Assembly (NCBI GenBank): GCA_964519305.1
Contig: CAZFHY010000001.1
Span: forward strand, 346,132-410,131
DNA length: 64,000 nucleotides
DNA from: Candidatus Undinarchaeota archaeon
GTDB lineage: Archaea > SpSt-1190 > JASMDC01
Direction: 5' to 3'
How positions within the stretch are numbered: position 1 is the stretch's first letter; each line of letters starts with the position of its first letter. Shown piece by piece: positions 19,001 through 27,189 of this stretch. A program made the position numbers and the translations under genes. Below the pieces are notes generated by a model. The model worked only from the letters and a program-made list of their open reading frames with translations, searched no databases and was not told where the DNA came from.

Positions 19001-20537
19001 GCCTGTGACCACTCCCGGTCCGACGACCGATGCCACGCCCAAGCCCACCGCAGCCGCCACCCCGCGGCCGACCGTGGACATCCCAGAGGATCCAGCTGCC
19101 CGAGAGGCCTACTACCGGAACGCCATGGCCACCATCGATAGTGAGGCGGCGAGCATAGAGGATAGCGACGTCCGTGCCCGTATCGCTGACCTGCGCAAGG
19201 AGCTCGAGGCCGCCGTGAACGCTGACGACCACGGCCAGGCGAAGGCCCTCATCCAGGATATCAACCGCGAGCTCGACAAGGCCTCCGGCGTCCCGCCGGG
19301 CCCGGCCGGTATCCCCCACCTCAAGACCGTGCTGGCCGTTGGATTCATCATCGCAGCGCTCTTCGCCATGTCGATGTTCCGTAGTGGTAAGAGCGGCGGC
19401 GGGGGCGGTCTGAACGCCATGATTCTCGTGTGCCTCGCCACTGGTCTGGTGCTAGCGGCCGTATTACCGGAGGCGCCCGCCACCGCGATGACGCACGTGG
19501 ACATAACGGAGCGCGAGCTCTTCGTCAGGCCAAGCCTTTCCATCAATGTTGGTGCGCCCGAGGACGAGACCGTTGCTCTGACGTATAACATGGAGCTGTC
19601 CATGGTCAACCGACAGGAGACGGCCGTTGAGGCCGTGTCCTTCGTCATCGATCAGCCCGGACTGACCCTTGTACCCCAGGAGCGTGAGGACTACACCGAG
19701 AGTGCCCATGCGGCCCCAAACGGCGGTTCCATAATCACCGTGGCGTTCAAGACACCGGTGTTCATCGGCGAGGAGCGTTCCGTGTACATCGAGCTGAAGG
19801 GCGAGACCCAGCTCACCGACCTCGAGACGACCATCAAGACGGGCTTCTCAACGCCGGAGTTCTTCCGTTCCTACAACGTCCAGCTCACGATGGCCAACGG
19901 CATGTCACTCAACCGGACGAGCTTCGCTACCGCGAGCACCCGGGAGAACGAGTGGAACCCCGACTGGGCCCAGTGGAGCGAGACCTGTGCGTACGGAGAG
20001 GGTGAGGATACACTTAACGATGATCAGTGCTTCAGTGACGCCGTGGGCATCACGGCCACCCTGCGGGCGAGGCCGGTCACCATCACTGACGTCGTCATAA
20101 AGGACATCCTCAAGCGCGACCTGAAGCGCACCCGCACATGGACTATCACCTACCAGAACATCGGGCGGAAGTCCGTGGAGCGCCTGCCTTTCGACCTGGG
20201 CTCGAGGACCACGATCGCTACGAGCGGCGTGACCTTCGACAACGGCGAAGCTGTGCTCGCAACGCCTCTAGGGTACAAGGACACGATCACCATCGAGGCC
20301 CGTGAGAAGACGTCATCCCTCGGGTACGGCCAGGCCACCCTGGAGACCACGCCGGACGAGCTCAAGCGGGCCATCGCTCCGGCGCGGCGCTACAGGGCCC
20401 ATGTGGAGGTCCATGGCCTGACCATCGAGTGGCAGGACGGGCTCTGGAATGCCGATCGCGAGGAGGAGAGCGGTGTCATCACTTTCGATATGACTGACAC
20501 CAGCCCCATCACATATAGGATGCGGGTCGTGACCTAG
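13047..20537 (+). CDS. Alpha-2-macroglobulin family protein, membrane-anchored, with extra C-terminal domain
   Basis: Signal peptide; TDRPIYNPGQTV (MG2), RTMFPETFLW, PDSLTTW and DGGWGWW..TAYAL (TED) motifs; VVVEEPIPPGF receptor-binding-like region. Confidence 0.9.
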   Translation: MGDRGRLSIVLLVTIIIALAMAQGANTKVLPLVVQRYYEPGETMEVKLAYFDDSGLVTGEPTIIQLTDPRGQVMDKQTITPSGSTASYTYKIPMGTPPDYQDPWFGSWTMTALMGNYMKAVTFDVRRQVGRRYHRGLYEKEAYISQHPYANDAAIIISPRTSVLPSGVDTPLPVTAIHRFGPYRGVMIVRVYTDTEKVFEEFTWVEDGTYVPTVNLEPGSYHIVADIFPGEGRRTQATSLTAAPAIVLVPTPDRCNVFVVVLLDPATLKPVPGASVTVNGVTLTTDTAGHVLFPKGSVANDRTSISYTLPDGRKGSYEVGTYSSCSSSSWTDIAFATDRPIYNPGQTVFFRGYSWKWTGERVLPVSQKIKVTLRSNRGFTILEETVTSNEYGIYDGHVTLPMNIDEETYWFQVDGGRGQQIEVKFFEKKQLISEMELDKEHEGYDHGDVVKGNVSLRYYFGKPASNSDVELTVWWAAREPGSGYYGGPVYYDEPMYYGGGMDLYEPMMAKEISYRGMPSPPWGGGPGLVKLQVYKRINLTTDTDGVGSFEVPLEELKGTHIIVDAHITDPAGRTVDLSKNAKLAPEVTVNVAMTYYPGNETLHLTATSKGTDASNLRSMTMDLTGVPPDGEPEKIKSLTLDPTTGSKVEQDFTVSRDVALKYMYLEGELGVVDRYGRAWGAFGQAVSGKYELTLTPRLDGEKVVAELALIDTLTGEPVSDNDMRWSFNGPMAGQSVGIHIQTSSDGTETIGVPVPHHPEGLYAISATATIGFNEETGYDRGLTLTVQRPVVLGTIRTARLWTLTQEVEPGDEARFVRQYNGFDPDAVIVERHYMRNIPLRTVVRTVGDGGNVTVGIPTSEDDLGGVGLAVFVVGTNGITYPLGGQARLKLKGLRTTISVDREVYEPRDDLTLTVTVTDKEGRPVPNAAVGVKVVDQSVIDASERGDVVSRPLSRSWSITSNANFQGNMNMRRMYGTPVSDPAKLETSSDNPARAHWDRGDYMERNAGRAMMGGSMAPPGAPMAAMEMEEGFAMADSDMVMQKSSESKAMSLGADDTAAVLATVQMRTMFPETFLWEPFALTGEDGTFTTTVMVPDSLTTWKAAVYASTMDARYAENATDFVSQKEFFIKPYFPASLTQGDNTTMQMTVHSYLDGDLDTLAGLKEEEWFDLFTPNAATFTLHKDIPQSVSWRLRARTPFFQNLTFFATASASDGTELTDGVQDRIWVRPNGVPWEETVSGDTDKEEVTFTINVPKEAYDISVRGYARFGSESLSIYTGSARVDGYSYPTTEVTASKIIPTVLSHEYRKKLKLISSERWFKERVRSLALELVFMRHADGGWGWWKKGPSTTYMTAYALRALSTAKRHVLVDDSMIQGAVRWLANHANGDGSYNGTQWLTGNDAGMTAYVLLSLAEAGQSVPGEGMNFLHQKWVAGEISDPYTIALYARLLSHTRDAQGDERAVVNKLLSLLKEEDPYISWSRGYSLGGPDETTAQAAMALLEQPAYRDTAKAALKWLRERNPWEFTTTADQIASLAAHLRLLEIEPPVIPDMNVELYVNGERIDSVHLEGIWGMSGELRLTDFLRHGDNTIRIVRRGKGKLFYDVWSTATLGGNVTAAFEVGEPASPGVYPVKMTLTPHADVAVPARISIELPVPDGVEVRPTRRLYVDSLPEPRTFELYYVTDRAVDRLELGKAKAEYGLARGTKVGGKQFETWELPTLTNTEPAGTGPALTVSKSASFATAGRDRVHVTLVVHNTGNDPVTGDLYDFVPAGLTAAGSEDKDPDLALHWPVDLVAGGSTSVTYELYGEPGKYKLDAAVAFTDDGMVSSEPVGIVLVRGEDIVVLRTYDTTVPDPGDNVNVSITVTSGVHQHFVVVEEPIPPGFTVTGYADEGGSVRKVMVKADKIVWFLDHTSDVGLWYELSASSEGRVQAAGTRAYPQFTPENEGFADEVVLSIGQNAPEPEPVHVVELPYAEGVVVEDPQPTARPVTTPGPTTDATPKPTAAATPRPTVDIPEDPAAREAYYRNAMATIDSEAASIEDSDVRARIADLRKELEAAVNADDHGQAKALIQDINRELDKASGVPPGPAGIPHLKTVLAVGFIIAALFAMSMFRSGKSGGGGGLNAMILVCLATGLVLAAVLPEAPATAMTHVDITERELFVRPSLSINVGAPEDETVALTYNMELSMVNRQETAVEAVSFVIDQPGLTLVPQEREDYTESAHAAPNGGSIITVAFKTPVFIGEERSVYIELKGETQLTDLETTIKTGFSTPEFFRSYNVQLTMANGMSLNRTSFATASTRENEWNPDWAQWSETCAYGEGEDTLNDDQCFSDAVGITATLRARPVTITDVVIKDILKRDLKRTRTWTITYQNIGRKSVERLPFDLGSRTTIATSGVTFDNGEAVLATPLGYKDTITIEAREKTSSLGYGQATLETTPDELKRAIAPARRYRAHVEVHGLTIEWQDGLWNADREEESGVITFDMTDTSPITYRMRVVT

Positions 20538-20571
20538 GCGGGACGCAGGCGCTCACAGGCGTCCGTGACGG

Positions 20572-20802
20572 CTAGAGCTCCACCAGCTCGCGCTTCTCCC
20601 GTCGGGTCATGCGCTTGATCTCGATCTCCCTGCGCAGGGCCTCGCTCTTCGTTGCGTAGGCCTCGGAGAACACCATCGCCACCGGGAGCCGGGCCCGTGT
20701 GTACTTTGCACCCTTGCCACTGTTGTGCGTCTCCAGTCGCTTTCCGAGATCGGTAGTGTATCCTGTGTAATAGGTGCCGTCGGCACACTCGAGGATGTAC
20801 AC
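20572..20802 (-). CDS. GIY-YIG nuclease family protein (YazA/UPF0213-like)
   Basis: [16 protein letters not shown]...[15 protein letters not shown] motif. Confidence 0.9.
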   Translation of the reverse strand: MYILECADGTYYTGYTTDLGKRLETHNSGKGAKYTRARLPVAMVFSEAYATKSEALRREIEIKRMTRREKRELVEL

Positions 20803-20837
20803 GAAATGTCCGTGATCGGTCAGGATCGGTCAGCTCC

Positions 20838-21077
20838 CTACATGTACTGGGACGGGTGCTTCCCGTCGACCTCGACCACGATGATGGCATCCGAGTCGAT
20901 CCAGTGGACCTCGCCCTTCTCATCGCTCACAGCTAACACGGTGAACTCCCCTTTGTCCTCGGATGGTGCGAAATTACCCAGCAACATCCCCGGCCGCGCC
21001 GCCTTGAAGGCGCCGAACCCCGTTCCTAAAAGCACGTACCGCGCTCCCGTTTCTTTCTCCTTCACGATGATGGCCAT
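20838..21077 (-). CDS. Hypothetical protein
   Basis: 79-aa ORF with natural composition (YVLLGTGFGAFKA); fills the intergenic space. Confidence 0.65.
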   Translation of the reverse strand: MAIIVKEKETGARYVLLGTGFGAFKAARPGMLLGNFAPSEDKGEFTVLAVSDEKGEVHWIDSDAIIVVEVDGKHPSQYM

Positions 21078-21167
21078 GGTACCACGTCCCTTACGAGCCC
21101 ATGTAGGTTCACCTTGATAAACCCGTCGCCACCCAAAGGGCAGCTATTTATTCAGGTCGTCGTGACA

Positions 21168-21515
21168 ATGTTTGCCACGATGGACGGGCACTATCTCCCC
21201 ACACAGGAGAACCTGGCGTACGTGCACGACCATCTGGAGAAGTTCGGCAACTTCCCCGAGAACGAGATGATGCTAGAACGACTTGCCGAACACGGTGTCC
21301 GCACAGAGTACGACCAGAACTTCCTCGACCATGAGCTTACCGAGCGATGCTACATGGACGAGCAGGGGATGGACTACGATACCGCTCACGAACGCGCATT
21401 GAGCGACCTCGGCGTGTCGCCTTACGCGATCTACGACACAAGCGTAGTCGCAGCACTACCCGAGCACTTCAATGATAACTGGTACTCTTTCCACGGTATC
21501 GAACGCGAGTTCTGA
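21168..21515 (+). CDS. Hypothetical protein resembling a polymorphic-toxin C-terminal domain
   Basis: EN..MLERL, NFLDHELTE..YM...GMDY..AH and SPYAIY motifs; start ATG 21168 chosen. Confidence 0.55.
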   Translation: MFATMDGHYLPTQENLAYVHDHLEKFGNFPENEMMLERLAEHGVRTEYDQNFLDHELTERCYMDEQGMDYDTAHERALSDLGVSPYAIYDTSVVAALPEHFNDNWYSFHGIEREF

Positions 21516-21551
21516 AGAGAGGACTCAATTAGTAAGACCTCGGTCCCTGAC

Positions 21552-21881
21552 TCACATGCCAAAGGGTGTCGGCCGTCCAGTATCGTCAAGTTCCTCAGGG
21601 ACCTCGTTCCCCCCGGTGACCAGCACAACGAGGCTGCATAGAGGGAGGATGTCCCTCGGGTGACCTAGCAGGGCTTCACCGCACCCTAGCCCCAGCAGGA
21701 GCTTCTGAGCCTTCGTCGGAGCGAGGTCGGTCACGAGGTCGAACTGGACCAGTGCCAGCAACGGGTCCAAGAGGGATAGCACGGGTACGTACTCGAGGTT
21801 GAACGTGTTGAGGATATCGATTACCACGGCGAGAAGGAACCGGGTCGCGACCGGCAACTCCTTCCAGATTCCCGAAACCAC
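21552..21881 (-). CDS. Small membrane protein
   Basis: Hydrophobic segments and a DILP motif; TATA-like site upstream. Confidence 0.55.
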   Translation of the reverse strand: MVSGIWKELPVATRFLLAVVIDILNTFNLEYVPVLSLLDPLLALVQFDLVTDLAPTKAQKLLLGLGCGEALLGHPRDILPLCSLVVLVTGGNEVPEELDDTGRPTPFGM

Positions 21882-21935
21882 GGTGCGTTCACCCCGGATT
21901 ATCAGTAAGGGGACTCATCCATTTAAGCATAGGTG

Positions 21936-23123
21936 TCAGCGGCCAGAATCCTCACTCTGCTGACGCCCCTTTTTCACCGTCCGCTCCCAGGCAGGGTCCT
22001 CACCGCCCGCTAAGCGGTTGGCGATGAAACCGATAGGGACTAGGATGCACATGTACACGTCCAAGAGGCCCGTAAGGGGGAGGTAGAGTATCAGGCCCTG
22101 CTTGTAACCATAGATCCGCATGTAGACCAAGTAAAGGAGCACGGTCAACAGCAGGAGTGCAGGGTAGGGTTGCCCCTGTCCCAGAAGCACGGCCACGAGC
22201 GCCCATAGTGCCACTAGTGGCATGCTGATGTCCAGCCCCATGAGCACTACATCAACTATGCGTCCCAGGTAGTAGGGATTCCCGCGCGCCTCGCCGAAAG
22301 CGTTCAGGTACTCCTTGAGGGCACCGCCGCCCCATCTCTTACGCTGTCGAAGGAGCGTGTCCAGATCATCGGGCACCTCCTCGGTAACTATCGCCCCTGG
22401 GACGTATGCCACACGACGACCTGGCTCCTCATAGATACGGCGGGTGATGTAGAGGTCCTCGGCGAGCACCGTTTCGTCGAACCCGCCCAGATCGTTCAAC
22501 AGCTCCCGGCGTATGGCGAAGTTGCGTCCGGGTACGGGCACGAATAGCTTGTGACGAGCACGGTGGGCGTAGAGCCCGCCGTAGTACCAAGCGTACTCGA
22601 GGGAGACCAGCCTTGTGATCCAGTTGTCGGTGTGCTTTGCAGAGAGGATGCACCCTACGGCCACGGCCGAGTCGCCCCGGGCGATGGGGGCCACCAGCGA
22701 GCGCATGGCACCGCGCTCAGGCACGTTATCGGCATCGTAGACCACGAGCACCTCCCCAGGCGCGTTCTTAATTGCCTGGTTCAGGGCATGCGCTTTGCTC
22801 GCCCCGCCCTCGCCCTCGGGGACCGCCGTAAGATGATCGTGTTCCTCGGCGAACTCACGGGCGATCTCCATAGTACGGTCCTTGCTTTTCCCGACGATCA
22901 CAAGCACATCGTGCTCACCGGGGTAATCGAGGCGGGCGAGCGCCTCCAGTGTCTCAGCGATCACTGCCTCCTCGTTGCACACGGGGAGCACTACTGTGAC
23001 CGTGGGCCACGTCTCCGGCTCCGGTGATTCTCGTTGCCCCCCAAATAGGTTGCTGACTATCTCCGATAATAGCAGGATGGCGTAATAAGCACCAGCGACT
23101 ACAAGGAGGGTCGTGAGGGTCAC
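21936..23123 (-). CDS. Glycosyltransferase family 2 (processive type)
   Basis: P..NE, KAHALN, YDAD, AED and QRKRW (QxxRW) motifs; flanking TM helices. Confidence 0.9.
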   Translation of the reverse strand: MTLTTLLVVAGAYYAILLLSEIVSNLFGGQRESPEPETWPTVTVVLPVCNEEAVIAETLEALARLDYPGEHDVLVIVGKSKDRTMEIAREFAEEHDHLTAVPEGEGGASKAHALNQAIKNAPGEVLVVYDADNVPERGAMRSLVAPIARGDSAVAVGCILSAKHTDNWITRLVSLEYAWYYGGLYAHRARHKLFVPVPGRNFAIRRELLNDLGGFDETVLAEDLYITRRIYEEPGRRVAYVPGAIVTEEVPDDLDTLLRQRKRWGGGALKEYLNAFGEARGNPYYLGRIVDVVLMGLDISMPLVALWALVAVLLGQGQPYPALLLLTVLLYLVYMRIYGYKQGLILYLPLTGLLDVYMCILVPIGFIANRLAGGEDPAWERTVKKGRQQSEDSGR

Positions 23124-23181
23124 GGGAAGGGCACCGTCGGACTACAGCTTTATATGCCTGCCCCTAAGGGCCCGGGCGACC

Positions 23182-24840
23182 TCAGGCAGTGACCAGATAC
23201 CCGCCTATGACCATGGCGTCAAGCCCGATGCGCTTGAACGTGCGTATGGCGTCGTACGGCGTGCGCACGATAGGCTGGCCACGGGAGTTGAACGAGGTGT
23301 TGAGGACCACCGGCGGTTTGCCCTCCTTGGCGAACCGCGAGATGAGCTTGTGGTAAAGGGGAGTCGCCCGTCCGTCCACGGTCTGGAGCCGTGCCGAGCC
23401 GTCCACGTGGGTCACGGCAGGGATCTCGTCCCGTTTCTCCTCCCGCACCGGGTAGGTGAGGATCATGAACGGCGAGGGATGGTCGCCCTCGAAGTACTCG
23501 GGCAGGTGCTCGATGAGCACTGACGGGGCCAGCGGCCGCCACATCTCCCGGTTCTTGATACGGTTGACGCGGTCATGCATCTTTGGGTCCGTGGGGTCCG
23601 CGAGGATGGAGCGCTGGCCAAGGGCCCGGGGACCGAACTCCAGCCGGCCCTGGTACCAACCGATGACCTTGCCCTCGGCGATGAGCACTGCTGCGGTGCT
23701 GGCCGGGTCGTCGACAGGTTCGCCGGTTAGCCCCTCGTCAGCCAGTGCCCGGGCGATGGCTTCGTCGTGGTATGACGGGCCAAGGGCCGCTGTGATCATG
23801 GTCTCGACATGGACGCCTTCCTCGTGGCAGAGCTGGAAGGCGGCCCCCAGTGCCGTACCAGCATCGCTGGCGGCGGGCTGGACGAACACACGGTCCACCA
23901 TGGGCGTGCGCAGGAGCACTCCGTTCATGGAGCAATTAAGGACCACCCCTCCTGCCAGGCAGAGGTCCTTGTACCCGCTGGTCTCGTGCAGACAGTCGAC
24001 CATCTCTATGGCCACACGCTCCAATGCATCCTGCAGGCTTGCTGCGATGTCCTGGTGCTCCTTGGTGGGCTCGCCGCCGTACCGGATGTGCCGGGCCAGC
24101 TCATGCACGTGGTCCATGCGGATGTTGTAGTCGTGGTGCAGCACCTCGACCATCTTGACGTACTCGGGCCTCGGCGTACCGTAGGGCGCCAGGCCCATGG
24201 TCTTTCCCTGTCCGAACCGACCAAGACCGAGGATTAGGGATATGAACGTGTAGAGGATGCCCATGGAGTTGCTCTCGGCGATGTCCTTGACGGGCTCGAT
24301 ATCCCCGTCGCCTACGAACAATGAGGTGGAGTACTTCTCCCCCGAGCCGTCCATGACAAGGATGTTCGCCTTCCCGAACCCGGACGCACGGTAGGCGGAG
24401 GACGCATGTGCCAGATGGTGTCGGACTATCTCGAAGTCGAGCCCCATGCGCTTCTGCATGTACTTGCGCTCGAGCTTCCGGCGGTTGATGAGAGCGTTGA
24501 ACTGTGTCCAGTACGCAGCGTTCCCGGCCGCCTTGATGAGCGACTGCGGGAGCCGGTCAATGGTGCTGAGCCAGGCCGCGGGCGGGTGGAGCATGGTAGC
24601 GGGGAAGACCTGGTACCGGTCGAACCGGGGTACACGGAAGTCGTTGTACTCCATGGTGTACACGACGCGGTCGATGCCCGAGAAGTCGCCACCTGTGACA
24701 TGCTCGATGGCGTTGAAGGGGAATATGTCTACGTGTCGCCGGTAGGTGAAACGCTCCTCCTCGACCGCGGCGATGATGCGTCCGTCCTCCACGAGGGCCG
24801 CGCTTGAGTCGCTGCAGTCGTTTATGGCCAGGATGCGCAT
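23182..24840 (-). CDS. Carbamoyltransferase (NodU/CmcH family)
   Basis: EEERF, HHLAHA, DGSG, GKTMGLAPYG, AGGVVLN, EFGPRALG.RS and LNTSFN motifs. Confidence 0.95.
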   Translation of the reverse strand: MRILAINDCSDSSAALVEDGRIIAAVEEERFTYRRHVDIFPFNAIEHVTGGDFSGIDRVVYTMEYNDFRVPRFDRYQVFPATMLHPPAAWLSTIDRLPQSLIKAAGNAAYWTQFNALINRRKLERKYMQKRMGLDFEIVRHHLAHASSAYRASGFGKANILVMDGSGEKYSTSLFVGDGDIEPVKDIAESNSMGILYTFISLILGLGRFGQGKTMGLAPYGTPRPEYVKMVEVLHHDYNIRMDHVHELARHIRYGGEPTKEHQDIAASLQDALERVAIEMVDCLHETSGYKDLCLAGGVVLNCSMNGVLLRTPMVDRVFVQPAASDAGTALGAAFQLCHEEGVHVETMITAALGPSYHDEAIARALADEGLTGEPVDDPASTAAVLIAEGKVIGWYQGRLEFGPRALGQRSILADPTDPKMHDRVNRIKNREMWRPLAPSVLIEHLPEYFEGDHPSPFMILTYPVREEKRDEIPAVTHVDGSARLQTVDGRATPLYHKLISRFAKEGKPPVVLNTSFNSRGQPIVRTPYDAIRTFKRIGLDAMVIGGYLVTA

Positions 24841-24861
24841 GGTCGTCTCACTCTCACGTCT

Positions 24862-25977
24862 CTAATGTTTCAGCCACTGGGTCAAAAGCCACGGGAACCG
24901 CGGACTGATGCATGCGTGTGGGCATAGCTCCACGCAGCATAGGCACCGGATGCATTTGTCGTAATCGAACCGCACCCGGTCACTGACCGTGATGGCCTTT
25001 GCGGGACAGTTGGTCTCGCACGTACCGCACCGTTCGCAAGCGGCGTCGTCGCACATGGGCTTGGGAACGGTGAACGGGATGAGGAACCCGGCCTGGAACA
25101 CAGGCCAGAGCCGGTAGATGAACTGCGACGGTAGACGGACCTTGGTGGTCTCGGGCTCTTCGCCAAGGATCGTATAATCAGTGGAGCCCAATCCCAGCTC
25201 CTGGGCGACCTGTACGGTCACGAGCTTGTCCAGGGGGATGCCCATGATGCGTGCCAGCACCGTGTCAACGGCCACCGGATCGCGGCCGGCCACGATATAA
25301 CCAAGACGGACGCTCTTACCAAGATAGTTGGGCCCGTTACCCTCCAGCCCGATCACGGCGTCGGCCACTGCCATGTCCGCAGGGCACGCTTTATTGATCG
25401 CGGCCACAGCCTCGGCGAAAGGCCGGATGGTGTTGGCCCACTTGTGGATGAGCTGCTTCTCGTTGCCGGGGATGAGGCCGTACATGTTCTTGAGTGCCCC
25501 CGTAAGGATAGTGACCATGTGGGTCTTGGCCTTGGGCATGTTGATGATGTAGTCGGCGTCCACGGCGGTCTTCTCCAGGAACACCGTGCGCTCCTTCCCA
25601 CCGAACTCCATGGTGAAAGGGACCGGCGGCGCCTCACCGAACCGCATGAGGTGAAAGTCCTGTCGCTCGCTAATCTCTTTGAACCCCGTGACCTTGAGGA
25701 AGTCCTTGAGCCGTTTGTTGGCCCAGGTGCCGGGGGAGTCGCCCACGGTGAGCTGACCGCCCAGTCGCTTGACCTCCTCCACCATCGGTTCTACGACGGC
25801 GGGATGTGTCGTGACAGCATCGTCGGGCCGCCGTCCGATAAGGAGGTTGGGCTTGATGAGCACCTTGTCGTCCTTGGCAATGTCGAGCCCTCCCAAGAGG
25901 GAAAGTGCCTTGCGCACCGCGTCATCAGCGTCAGCGTAGTCCTTGCACCGGACCACAGCGACCTCGGACGGGGGCAT
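24862..25977 (-). CDS. DUF362 domain protein with C-terminal 4Fe-4S dicluster
   Basis: IKPNL, TTHP, PKAKTH, GALKNMYG and EGNGP motifs; two CxxCxxC..CP motifs. Confidence 0.9.
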   Translation of the reverse strand: MPPSEVAVVRCKDYADADDAVRKALSLLGGLDIAKDDKVLIKPNLLIGRRPDDAVTTHPAVVEPMVEEVKRLGGQLTVGDSPGTWANKRLKDFLKVTGFKEISERQDFHLMRFGEAPPVPFTMEFGGKERTVFLEKTAVDADYIINMPKAKTHMVTILTGALKNMYGLIPGNEKQLIHKWANTIRPFAEAVAAINKACPADMAVADAVIGLEGNGPNYLGKSVRLGYIVAGRDPVAVDTVLARIMGIPLDKLVTVQVAQELGLGSTDYTILGEEPETTKVRLPSQFIYRLWPVFQAGFLIPFTVPKPMCDDAACERCGTCETNCPAKAITVSDRVRFDYDKCIRCLCCVELCPHACISPRFPWLLTQWLKH

Positions 25978-26032
25978 CAGGCCAACCATCCTGTCCCAAG
26001 GATTTAAATGTTCCCCGGTACAGCCCCGCCAC

Positions 26033-27112
26033 ATGGCGTCGCCTGCCCACATCCCGCTCTCGCGCCCGGTAATTACCCAAGAGATGAAGGACGCTGTATG
26101 CCGCGTGCTGGACAGCGGGCGGTTCGTACTGGGGGACGAGCTCGCCGCGCTCGAGAAGGAGTTCGCCACATTCGTGGGAGTAGGCAACGCCGTGGGGATA
26201 TCTTCGGGCACCGATGCGCTCCACCTGGCCCTCAAGGCCGCGGGAATCGGCCCTGGTGACGAGGTAATCACCGTCCCCAACACGTTCATCTCCACGGCCC
26301 TGGCCATCTCGTACACCGGTGCGTCGGTCCGTCTCGTCGATGTGGACGAGAGCTACACCATGGACCCCTCCAAGCTGGAGGCGGCCATCACGCCCAAGAC
26401 CCGGGCGATCATCCCTGTCCACCTCTACGGCCATACCTGCGACATGGACCCCATCCGCGAGGTCGCCGAGCGTCACGGGCTGTTCCTGCTCGAGGACGCC
26501 TGTCAGTCGCACGGTGCCACCTACAACGGTGCTCGCACCGGCTCGCTCGCGGACGCGGGCTGCTTCTCGTTCTACCCATCCAAGAACATGACGGTCGCCG
26601 GAGAAGGCGGTATGTTCGTAACCGATGACGATGCTCTCGCCGATAAGGTGCGACTGCTCCGTGCATACGGCGCCAACGCCCGCAAGGGGATCGCCGAGGT
26701 CCTGGGGTACAACGCCAAGCTGTGCGAGATGTACGCCGCCATCGCCCGCATCCAGCTGCAGATGCTGGACGGGTTCAACGACGGTCGTCGGAAGAACGCC
26801 GCTCTCTACGACAAGCTGCTCGGCGATGCAGTGGTGACACCCCGGGTGCACTGGGGCACACACGTCTACCACCTGTACGTTATCAGACATCCCAACCGCG
26901 ACGCTTTGCGTGCACACCTCGATGGATGCGGCATATCCTGTGGCATCCACTACCCCGTCCCAGTCCACCGTCAGCCCTGCATGGACGTCCCTGGCTCGTT
27001 CCCCGTGGCCGAGGGGTTCGCGAAGGACATCCTCTCTCTCCCAATGTCGGCCGTCCACACGGACGAAGAGGTTGGTCGCGTGTGTGACGCGGTCCTTGCA
27101 TACGTGAAGTGA
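26033..27112 (+). CDS. DegT/DnrJ/EryC1/StrS PLP aminotransferase
   Basis: SSGTDALHLAL, PVHLYG, EDACQSHG and SFYPSKN motifs; TTTAAA at 26003-26008 in the divergent promoter. Confidence 0.95.
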   Translation: MASPAHIPLSRPVITQEMKDAVCRVLDSGRFVLGDELAALEKEFATFVGVGNAVGISSGTDALHLALKAAGIGPGDEVITVPNTFISTALAISYTGASVRLVDVDESYTMDPSKLEAAITPKTRAIIPVHLYGHTCDMDPIREVAERHGLFLLEDACQSHGATYNGARTGSLADAGCFSFYPSKNMTVAGEGGMFVTDDDALADKVRLLRAYGANARKGIAEVLGYNAKLCEMYAAIARIQLQMLDGFNDGRRKNAALYDKLLGDAVVTPRVHWGTHVYHLYVIRHPNRDALRAHLDGCGISCGIHYPVPVHRQPCMDVPGSFPVAEGFAKDILSLPMSAVHTDEEVGRVCDAVLAYVK

Positions 27113-27140
27113 GCCTGACCGCTATCTGGGATTGTAACTA

Positions 27141-27178
27141 CAAAAAAAGGTAGAAGCGGCCCCCTTGACGAGGGCCGC
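27141..27178 (-). terminator. Hairpin plus T-run terminator
   Basis: GCGGCCC/GGGCCGC stem (27156-27178) and A7 on + (T7 on -), between convergent genes. Confidence 0.55.
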
Positions 27179-27189
27179 GTTCTGTATGC

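Noticed and set aside
20572-20802. GIY-YIG gene as a homing or mobile element
   Set aside because: It is the small stand-alone UPF0213 type, with no intron, intein or terminal repeats.
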